Below, in pieces: positions 23,901-35,900 of a stretch of 64,000 nucleotides of DNA (the stretch's first letter is position 1; every line of letters begins with the position of its first letter). A program made the position numbers and the translations under genes. Source of the DNA: Ascidiella aspersa (taxonomy: Eukaryota); the NCBI GenBank assembly GCA_963924565.1, contig OZ004614.1:12028001-12092000 (forward strand), read 5' to 3'. The notes below the pieces were generated by a model. The model had not been told where the DNA came from. It saw only the letters and a list, made by a program, of their open reading frames with translations, and did no database searches.

Positions 23901-26900
23901 CTGAAAATATATGGAGCACTGAATTGACAAAAATGTTTACTAGTTTATATATTGAGATAAAATCGGACCTCATTTCAATGTTTATCTGAAGGTGTTTACT
24001 GTTTTTGTTTAATTTTTACAAACTCAAACTGGCACACAAGGCAACATCTGTGCCACGTGTTACATCAACACATAAGTAAGAACAAAAAATTGACAGTAAG
24101 TTCTTTCTTGTAAGTTTTATAAAACAGAACGTCATTAGAGAAAAGGATGCCAGTTATTTGGTTTTCCGTAGAAGCCGCACCATTGAAAAACGCTTCTTGA
24201 ATTGGGGTTTAAATTCATTTTTCATAAAAAAAAGGTTTTCAGTTACGAACAATAATCTTTAAACATCATTTTTTTAATCCTCATGTGCCTATTCTATATA
24301 AAATATATTGCAGAACGCGTCGTGATTCAAATTGTTCACATTGCAAAAACTACTCACGTTTTCGTTTCTGTGCTTGAGATCGAGATAAACGATCGAGTCC
24401 TTGCCTCGCTTGGCAACTTTCCTGACGATGTGCTCGGCCAATCTGTTAGACAACAAAATGCGTTATACAGCTAGGCCTAGGTTTCAGCATTCGTAGTAAT
24501 ATTTCTAAAGCAAGTCGACTCTGGTGCCAACAATTTGACAAAACTGACTCTATAAGCAATTGTGTGTCGGCACACGCACGGATAAAATTAACCTTTTTAA
24601 TTATCACAACGTTGCCTTATAAAACACCCAATGCTATTTTATGGCAGCCCGTTAGAATACTACAGATTGAGCACATCAAAGGCCAAAATTTCAACGGGCT
24701 AAACTTAAAAATCAAGAGAAAGGGTAAATCAAATTGTTGCTAGCTAAACTTGAAAACATCATACGAAAAGGTAAATCAAATTGTTACAGCATATCCGCAA
24801 TGTGCGACAATTAATTGACCCACTAGAAAATCCGCAAAAAATGTTATTCTTCTTTTAGGGCCAACGCCAATTCCTTTTTTTAAGCAATTAGTTGTAAAAC
24901 AGTACCTCTTGGCGAGTGTGGTCTTCCCTGTGCCAGCAGGTCCGCTCAGCATTACCCTGCCGTGGTCTAGAAGTAGGCGACAATATCGCTGGATCGTTTC
25001 TCGACTCGTCAGCATTTCGAGCGCCATCATCTCCACCGAGAAGGTGTCTGCGCGAAAGAAAGATAATTTTGAACGTTAGGAAAAACACCTTTTGGGCGAT
25101 TCGGCCTTTTTTCACGCAAATCTGTTATGCCGAATTAGAATCGTTTTTCTCCTGAACCAAGGCCGTGCAACAAACGGCCAGCGGGCCAGGCCCTGTTTAT
25201 GTGATCCGCACAGAGTTAGCTAACCCATTTTTAGCCATTGTATCATAAAGTTCCGGTTCAGTTCGTTACATTGTAGCAATTTTTAAACTAACTCTAAAAT
25301 TTCAACAATTTGCGTTTTATTGCATCTCATATTACCGAACAAGTAAATTCACGATTATAGATATTAAGTCAGTTTAGTGCCATGAAAACCCATTCGTGCA
25401 GTTCCTAAATAGTCAAACAACGGCAAACCACGCTTCACGAACCTGATATCTCCAAGGAAACACTGTCCACGTTCCCGACAATGTACCCACACGGTAACAG
25501 CTCCGGGGATCCACCAACGCCCACGTCGCGCGTCACTTCGCCCACTGTGTATGACGTCACAATTCCCGAGTCCAAGCCGAGGCAGTCGACTGGGTCGATC
25601 TTCTCGCAGTACTCCTAAAAGGCGTCAGAAAAAGTACCGTTAAAGTTAAATTTATTCGACTTCTTTTTATTAGTGTTTTCATTACCATAAAAAAATAGTA
25701 CGTTTATTAACATACATTTTTTAGTATAAAGTCAACAAATACGTTGTCGATCCGTAAAACAAATCGTATACACTCACCGAAAACGCTTGTCTGACTTTGC
25801 CGTCCAATTCTTTCCACGTGACCGACCTGGTGACGTAACAGGCGCCTATTGTGACGCTGCTGGGAAAGGTGCCGTCAAAGTCGTCGTGCACCATCTGCTG
25901 GGGGAAGTTCAAGGTCACCAGGAGGCGAATAGAGGTCATGTCGCGGTTCAGGCTGAACTGGGATCCTGAAAAAGAGAATATTAATGAATATTAATTCTAC
26001 AACAATCTGTAGAAAACAACGCGTTTGGCGATAAATCAATTCGTTAAACAAAAATAACTAAATCGAAAAAAAAGGAAGCATGGGGCAATTTGAGAATTTT
26101 TGGTCAGTTTAAAAAGTCCTTTAAACTTAGAGATCCGAGTAAAAAACGACAAGCGAGCAAACATGACTTGAGGACGACAAATAGGTTTTTGTGTTTTGAG
26201 AAAAGACAGTTTATATGGGACGATTAAGAAACTTCGCTGCAATTCAACAACACAAGGCTGAGAAAACAAACAAATAAACAGGACAAGTTCATAGAATCCT
26301 TTAAATCAAAATGGTTAACTAAAAGTTTTAAGCCGATTAACAATAAAACGCACGAAGGGATTTATTTAGATAAGTTGTTACACAAAAAAGTAAATGCTGA
26401 TTCAGATAAATTCTAGTTGCGCGTTTTCACAAAAAACGTTAAAGAATGTGGCCATTTACCAGCGAGACTTGCCATACTCCTGGACACAGAGCTGACTGAG
26501 CGAAGGGACATCGTCGACAGACCAAGACGACTCAGGCGCTCGTTCTCTGAGCGAAGGTTGTCCATTTCCGTCTGTTTGAGGGAAGAAAATGATGTAGTTA
26601 TGTGTAACTTGAATACCCTAACGGAAATAAAACGTGGATCGTGAAAAGGATTAAACAAAATACAACTTACAATGCTTGTGTAAAATACAGAAGTAAAAGT
26701 TGATTTTGGATCTCGTGTTTTTACGGTTCGGGGTTGGGGTTTCGCCAGTTTACCGGGCAATCTAGCGTTTAAGGCTTGAGTTGGGATAATTTTGGGGGTT
26801 TGAGGTAGTTTATTTAGGATATAAGTAAGCAATCAGTGTACGTTTAAACGCGCATTGCAAACGAGCTATGTTAAAATTGATACAAAAGTAGATATATTCC

Positions 26901-29900
26901 ATTCAACAGTTTCTTAAAAAAGCTTTTCGTTTCTGTTGAAAGTTTCTTGCTTTCAAAAAATGCTTTGCTCAGATGGCAACCTCGAACCCGTAATATCATC
27001 AGAACAATTGACCAAAAGAGAAACATGGACAGATATTGCTTACCCTCATCTTCTGCATTGCGTCCTGCATCTGATGCAGCTGATGTTGGGAGGTGAGAGC
27101 CTCCAGGCGGATGTCGGTCAACTTCCGCTCCTTCTGGAGTAGTTCCTCCTTCAGCTTGGCGACCACGTCGGACTCCACCGCTCCTGATCCCCCAGACCCC
27201 GCTCTAAAGGAGAAAGAGAACAAGATGGTTACTTAGGGTGTTAGGCGGTTGAAACTGTGCGAAACTATATGGCGTGGAATAGCGAATGCGCGCATATACG
27301 ACAAACGCATCTTTCTGCTGAGTGATTATTGATATCGTTTTAGAAAAAAAAAGAGTCTTTAGACCAGGGGTTCTTAAATAGGGGTCCATGGACCCCTTGG
27401 GAATATGCAGTTAGTGTTAGGGCGTCCATGAGGATCTAACTGAAATATTAGACTATATTTAAACAGAAATCAACTTTTTAAAGAAAAGGGTTAATAAAAA
27501 ATAAAACGTTTGTGCACTGAATGTATTTCGACTCCATCTCACTTTCACATTTTTTTTTTCGACCGAAAACAGCAGGCCTATGAAGTATTTTTGTATTGCG
27601 ACGTCAATTTCTGACGTCATCTCTAAAAATGTCTTGCCTACCCTGGTCCACGCAAAGCAAAAAAAATCACTGCTTTAGACTAATCATAAACGTTTATCAC
27701 AATCGTCAATTACATTATTGTTATTTTTGTCTTGTGTAGCGAAAGCGAAATGAGTTTTTCATTTAAATTTTTCATTAAATTCCCCCCCCCCCCAAAAAAA
27801 AACCTGTCTGGTAAAATAAATAGATCCCTTTAACACAGTGGTTCTAAAACTTTTGTTAAAAAATTACGCAACGGTCCACCAGCAATTTTTTAATTGCTCA
27901 CGGTCCTTGAAAATATACACAAATAAACTAAAAATAACACGTTGTTTTTAATGGTATCAAAGGGACGGGTGCACTTGCTTCTTTGCTATCAGCTATGTTA
28001 ACCTCTAATTAACGAATCGCTTTATTTAAGTCTAGTAATCACGAACAGTTTTAAAACCGTGCCCACAGTGGCAGCGCAGCAAGCTGTAAAAACGTAATTC
28101 TCATTAGCTGCACAACGCAACACTATGACGTCACAATGGACAATTCAACTTTAAGCGTGCAATAACGTTAATGAACAACTAATGAGCTTGGTTTGGAAAA
28201 GTAAGTTGCCTGAAAATTTTATTGCACAAAACTTTTTCTTCTTCAGGAGCGTCATGTTGATTTTTTTGTTAGGTGCTTCGCGGTCCCAGAAAATTGTCTC
28301 GCGGACCCCAGTTTGAGAACCACTGCTTTAACACAACATAAACATTTTTAAAAAGGAGGTCTTGTTCAATTTACCCTGCCGCTTCCGCTAAATTAAATTC
28401 CGCCTCTTCAAGGTCAACGGAGAGGTTGGGTCTTGACTTTCTCTTCCCGAAAGCTGTTTTCAGTGATTCTTTTAACTATATGAAAAAAAAACTATTAGGT
28501 TAAAAAGGCTAAATAAATGCTGGAAGCAAATACACAGAAACAATGCAATCACCTTGTCGCCAGTTTCCTTTGCCTTCCACAAGCAAGCACAAAACAAAAG
28601 TTACAGCATTAACTTACGCGCTTATTAATCAAAAAAGAAAAAGGATTAAAAATATGTCAAGGGCTTAATAAAAAAAACAGAGCGCACCTATATGTGTAAC
28701 CAACATTGCTGAAGGTTCACAAAGGCAAAATGTCAGCGCTTTATTACGAGACTTAAACGGTGAATGCTGTTGTAACTATTTTATTATAAGGTTTAAGGTA
28801 GTTATCATACCTCGTAAAAGTTATTACACTTAAACACGTATTAAAAGTTTGGAGCATAATGGTTGAAGGTTGCAGTAAGACGTAGTAAGAAGATAAAGCC
28901 CCATACAGAAGTAGTTAGCATTTTGAACGTTTCGAATACATCTTTACTCATCAACATCTGATTGAAAATGAATAAAAATACATTCGAAACGTTCAAACTG
29001 CTACCTTTAAAATTAAAAGGTACTTTTAATAGATCTCTTGAAATTGGCCAACTAAACTGTGTGATAATGACTAGTCATGAATCAGCAACTAAATATACGC
29101 GAGTAAATGCTTGTTCCAGGTAAAGTTCGATCGTTCTCCGCTTACCCAGTGCTTTTTCTTCCTTCCTCTCGCGTCTTCCCCACTTCCCATGGAAGACACA
29201 CTCGCTTTGGAGCTGATGCTGGACAGCGATCCGCAGGAGGCCTTCTTCTTCAGCTTGGAGGCGGAGGACGTGGTGGTGCTAGACCATTCTGTACAAGGAG
29301 GAGTTATTACAATCAGACGGCGTTCTGCCACATACCATATCGCCACACGGCAAAATCGATAAATCACAAAGGCCCTCGCGCTTGCTTATCTGGCGCAATC
29401 TGGACTATTCTGTGACAAATACAATTACCAGAGAAGTTTTTTGATTTTCTTCTGATACAAATACCCGGTAAATAACAAAACAATTATCACAGTAATACTG
29501 ATAAGAATCAGGTATCGGCTACGATACGTCATTATCGAGCATGTCATAGTCAAGAATATAATACTACACCAAAAGCCGTCGCAGATTAATCGAATCTGTC
29601 GATCAATGATGCAAAAACAAGCAGCTTGCAGTAAGGTTCTAAAAACAACTAGCCTGCAGTAAGGTTTGAACTCACGACCTGCAGCCATATCGGGGACCGC
29701 CGCACTACCATTTGTGTGTATCATTGATTAACAAATTAGGTTAATCTGCGATGGCTGGCTTTCGGTGTACTATTGATACGTCAGCCGCATTCGTTGGTTA
29801 AAAAGCAGCTTCAGAAGGGCTAGATCACAGTTGTAAGCACACATATGTGTGTGTAATGTGTATCTTTCAGCAAAACTACGAAGGTTGTCATTCTTACCAT

Positions 29901-32900
29901 CGGGCGACTGGCTGTGTTTGAGAGACTCGATCGTGGCTCGGAGTTCCTGGAGCTCTGAGTCCTTCTGCTCGGCCGACACCGACAGCTCCCTCAAGCGGCA
30001 GTTCATCGTCGAAAGGCTTTCCTCGAAGGCGGAAACGACCTTGGCCTGGATTGAAGGTCAAACGCGAGGTAAGTTAGCGATCAAAGCTGCCAGAGCCTCG
30101 CATGACAATTTTGTTTTTGTTTTCTTCCACGAAAGTACCTTTTCTTACTTGTTTCGCTGCAGCACTGTTTCTGATTTTTGCTTACTGCACATGTTTTTCT
30201 CAAATTTTTTTGTCGCTGTATAACATTTTTGTTTTGTTGAAGTTCGATGACGAAAAGGCATAAAGTAATGTTGAATATCCAAACAAAGGAAAAAAGTCAA
30301 GAAAATAACAACAAAGAAGTAGTAACTATGATTACTTAGCAAAATAATTTATATTTTTGAAGCAGTACTTGGTCAAAAAAAAAAAAATTATAAAAACTTA
30401 TATAAAAACAAAATAAACTTACGCTGGTGTTCAGTTGACTGTGAATATCCACGGGGTCCCCATTTTTTGTCGGTTGCTGTAAAAGACAACACACAGGTAA
30501 GATGACAGGTATATATGATATATGGATTCACTTTTAAATCAGATATTGTTACGCTGAGCACCTTTTTGCAAAGTGAAAACGTCAAAGCGAATTAGATGAT
30601 ACCCAGTTTACGTAAACATATTCTATACTGTTAAACGTATGCTGCAAACTGTTAAATCTTCAACCCAAGGTGTTAAGCGTTTAAAGTTTTTATGCATAAT
30701 ACGTTCACAAATGACTGGGTTTCGCTGAGCGAGTTGGCCTCTATAAAACATAAAATACAAACTGCCACACAACTACATGAAAAAACAAATAGAAAAACGC
30801 AAGTGAATAATCTTACCGATGAGAGCAAAGATGGAGTTGAAGCCATTAGCGACTGGGACCTTCCGCCTGCAAATATACGAAACGATGTTATTATCCGCAA
30901 AGGTAACTGACCAAAAAAGCATTCTAAGGCGACGTTAACTTACTTTTTCGTTGCTGTTGAAGACTGTGCGTCGACTGGCTGACTGATTTAGTAGATCGGG
31001 CCTAAAACGATTGACATTTAAGTATAATTCACATTATATAAGTATGCGCTTGTTGGAAAATGGTTGGTGGAAGAATGGACATAAAAATACGCTCATACAA
31101 TCTGGCTTATAAGAAGAAAAAATAACGAGTATGGCTTAACACATGTATACAAATTATCTCAAGTTTCGCAAACTACTTACAACGTTTGGGCTAGAGGCGG
31201 CCACATCGGATGAGTGAAGGGTCGGTAGCGGCCAGTCGCTCACGTCGCCGCTATAAGGTACAACAAATTAGATTTAGTGTTTAGTGTTTAGTTTACTCCA
31301 AGCTACAGTAGTTTCTTTGAAAAAACGTTACTATAACATATGAAGCTGCTGAAAAATCACTTCCGATGTTGTTGTAATGACTGCTTTTACTTAAACAGAA
31401 TTAAGTCACTATATAGAAATTACCTGAATCGACTTGTTTGGGGCAAAATTACTTGAATGACTTAAATCGTTGAAACATGGCTCCGAATGAAATAGAATTA
31501 ACAATTGTAAATATAAAAGTTTTAATTCATTAAATTAAACCAGTTGACTTGGACCTTTTAAATCAGTTGACTTGGACACAATATAATCAATAACGTCACA
31601 CGGACTTGCCTTGATATTTATTAAAAATGTACCTTATTTTACCAACGACTGAATCAGACGTTCGTTGTGTTACAAAATATTGGACCTCAACAACACTGAC
31701 TAGAGATCTGCTGTGTATAGTACACAGCAAGTTAGTAACAATGGTAAAAACTATTCTCACGACGATAAAGTAAACTTTAAAACGATTGTAAATACTCTAG
31801 GAGCACAACATGTTTTAGGATATCACAACTGACCGATACGAGAGGCGATTTCCCTCCTTGAAAAGTTCGTCCGTTTCGTGAATGGACGAGGTTTCGTCCA
31901 AGTAGAGGGACGGGGTCGTCAGCAAATTCATGCTCTGCAAAAGCGACAAAATTTTATATTCAGTAAACTTTGAACCTATACTAAGACAAGTTGTTATTGC
32001 GATATAGCGCTAAATAACAAAATGACCCTGAAACATTTACCAAACTAGATTTAAACTTGATTGATTTACATTTTAGATTTAGAACAATGTTCCTCAAAAA
32101 CTCAACTCAGTTTATTAGTTTGATTATCCGACGGTGAACTTTCGAGCTGCAGTTTCCATCTGATATATTTTACCATATTTTTCTAAAAATCCTTAATTTT
32201 AAAATCGGTGCGGTATGCCAGGTGAACAGCGTAATAACTGCTGAGCGAGTTAATCCTACCACATAGGATAAAAATCTTAACCGAGTTTTGCCCAACTTAC
32301 CATGTAGGAGCTGTTAAGGGAGGAGAGGGGCGGTTTGGGCGACTCTGATTGGCTGGACGTGGCACGTGGTTTGCGCGGGAGGCTCATGTAGGAGAGTGGG
32401 GAGGAGGAGGAGGAGTGGTCGGCGCGAGGAGACGAACCTGTAGCGGGAAAATCGGCGTTGTAAAAAACTGCGGCCCGTACAAGGAAGGACGTTAGTTATG
32501 GAGAGAGTCTGATAAAGGCGTTTAAAGCTATTGATTTGAAAAGCCATGCACTTCAGGTTATTGACATGATAAAAACAATCAGAATGTTAAAAATAAAAAT
32601 ATTTTACTAAAACAAATCCACTAATTTGAAAAATCTGAAAACGTCCAACCAATAGCTTTGTAAGCTCAAACCAAAAAGTAAACAAACATAGCATTTTGAA
32701 AAACATGACCCTGACATCATAAGATATAAACATGTACTTATTATATTAGAACTTGCAACAAAAAAAAATAAAAAATACAGTAGCAATGTATTTACGTACC
32801 TTTTCGTCTTCCCAGGCTGTTGTACTGACTCCTGTCGTATTTTAGGGGAGACGATTTTGCTAAAAAAACGAACACGAAATAGTGACGGTCGGTTTCGCTT

Positions 32901-35900
32901 GAGAGAAAAGTCGAGGCTCATATTTATTGCTTTTTCAGAAGTGAGGCTTTCCGGCGCGACTATGGCAGGTTATTGATAAGGGTAACTGAGAAATAACATC
33001 TGTCCAGGTTTAGAATTAATCATTTTCAAAATATTACAATAAACAGCTCATTAGAGCCTTGCATTCAACTGTTTCCAATGTTGGGCGCATATCATTGCGT
33101 TTGTCACAAAAAACAAACAAACACGAAACTTACACGAAAAGGTCGACAGCGACAAGGTGGTTGAGGTTGGTGACGTCACATTTGGGTTCGTGTAAACAAA
33201 CGCGGGTGGTTCGGATGACGTCATCGGTTCCTAGAAAGTAAAAATGGGCTACATTATATAAATCGTAACCGCAAAAATTAGGGAGTATCGTTTTTTCGAT
33301 AAACGATTATATTGGAAAGATACATTTCATTATTAGCAAAAGTGAATCAAATTATATTTCTCGAAGCAATCTAAACGATGAAACGCATTACAAAAAGTTG
33401 GCTATAGGAATTTTAGGCGTTGAAAGATGATGTTTTACAGGTTCATATGTTATCCCGCTGTTCTACTTAATTGTTAAGCTTTTAAGACTTTTAAACATAG
33501 CCTAGGATGAAAAAGGCTTTTCATAACGTCGTAACCAATCAAATACGTTTACACGAAAAATCTGAAGGTACCTGCTCGCTAACCAGTCGCCAAAAAAAAT
33601 TAAAGACACACTTCGTTTTTCGCAAAGGGTTATCAGTAGGAATTTATGCATCATCCCACGGCTCAAGGGTGTCTCATAACAATTTAGTAATTAGACAAAT
33701 ATCCCAAAGTTTGCTAACGGTGTAAACAGCTCAAATAACCTGTTCTGGAGCCAGCGGCTGTTGTTGCTGTTGCTGTTTGGGCTTGGACTGCAGACTCAGC
33801 AGCTTTTGCAAAGACGGCGAGCGCTTAAACGTGGACGTTGCGGCCTTTTCCGCGGACAGGTCCAGCTTTGATTTGGCTTGGGATGGCTGAAAGGAAAAAA
33901 ACTGGCAGTATTAATTTAGGGTTTAAATCTTAAGTAAAAAAGGGCAAAATAATTGGCATTATAACAGTAAAATATATAGATCTGGTTTAAACTCTGCAAA
34001 ATCAAACTAAACGGTTAAGTTGTTGGTTTGTTCTAATACACGCCTATTCTCATAAAATTTAAAAATCATATGGGCGTAAAGTCAATTGAAAACGTTCCTT
34101 TCTTAACAAAAACGACCCTACAATGCTTTAGGCTAAGTACACACTATTCAAGTTAATGATGATGATGTAAGAGGTTATAAAACCGCTTGCGTAAAAAGAA
34201 TAGGCTATTAGGCGACATGTTTAGCTTCGATCAATCTAAAGCTATAAATATATTTTTCAGCATCGTGAAAAATGTTGAACGTTGGGAAGTTTTAATTAAG
34301 ACTTACTACCTTATCGTCGTGAAATCTTGCTTTGCTTGGTCTTGGCAAGCTTCGATAGGCCAACGTACCCCTCTGGCCTAAAATGTAGAATACGATTATA
34401 AGACACAGCGCATAAATGCACAGTATGCGACGCAACGTAAAACAGATAAACACATTTAAGTCATCTTAAGATTTGTACAGCACGAATATCACAAGTGCTT
34501 CAAGATGCTTTTTCTAATTTTAGATGATAGACAAACGTAGAAGAAACTATTTTATTGTAACGACTAGTATACCTGCAATGCTCTGCAGCGGACTCCCGTA
34601 GTTGTTTGTTGGACTTTGTGAAATAGTGTTGCAAGCCAACCTGCTCCCAACCACGCTAGAGCCGGGCGCTTTCAAACCTGAGCAAAAATACACCATTTGT
34701 AAACAGTGAAGTTCTCTTGCACAGACTTTTGCTTTAGGTGATTTTAGGCGGTCTAGCGTTCTAACTAAATGTATTATCAAATATAAAAATTTGTCGAAAT
34801 GCTCCATAGTGATGTATAATAATAACGGATGGAGACGATACCTAATGCCAAGTCGTACTATCCATAATGTCCGTACCGTCCGATACTATGATGGTATCGT
34901 TGTCGATCGGAAAATTTAAGTAGGATTTCAGTGATTAAGGAAAATTTAGCACCGCTTTCTATCTTGTTAGGAAAATTTATCAAAAAATATAGTACGTAAC
35001 AACTGGAGGTAACTAAAATTCCCAATGCTTTAGCAAAGTTTGGCTCAATAACCTAAAAACAATTCAGTGTAATGTATGTTTTTGCCTATAGTTAGAATGA
35101 CATTTGGTATCACAGCAAACACTGCTGTTAAATTTGGTCAGATTCTTTTGTTCAAAATTTTGGGTATTGATTTGATATTAGAATAAGATGCTATGTATCG
35201 GACATTTGTTTGTATATATTCTTCAATTACAAAACTAATTGAAAGACATCTGAAATAAAATCCCAAGTCAGAAGGTCATTTGTTTCGATTGGAACAGTAA
35301 TAATTCGAAATAACAAACGTTAAGGCGTGGTAAATAAAATGAATAGTTGAGCTACTTGACGAGATACTCAAAGCAGCAACGAAATGCAAGCAGGTCAACA
35401 GGCAGGTCTAATCCGCCACCGAGCATCACCTGCTTTTCCTGAAGGAGGTTTGCCGATTCCCTTCTTCTTGCCGAACTTGGGCGCTTTTCCGCTGCCTTCG
35501 ACCGCCTATAGTAAATTATAAATAAATGAGATTCATCGACGCTATTTCTGCGCCCTGTTTCACAATCGATCGACAGAGATAGTTTTAATAATTAAATTAA
35601 CACAAATCAACCGAATGTCTTAAACCGTCATTCTAATGACAGTATAACTTCTGAGGTAAAATCACCAAATCATATCATAAAAATAACCTGAGATTAGATC
35701 ATATCACCCTTCAAATAACACAGGGAACGCCAAATGACGTTTGAGCGAGGCCTAACCTTAAGAGAAAGACAGTGTGACACGATACAGTGGTCTTGAAAAG
35801 GATTTATAAATTCTAGGAGTAAAGCCGAGCTTCGTAACCCCAAAACGCTTCTAAACAGATCGGAGCAGCAAACCAAAACGGCATAAATGTGGTCAGTATA

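Noticed and set aside
27782-27802. C12-A9 homopolymer junction
   Set aside because: Simple low-complexity sequence between two MITEs with no functional evidence.
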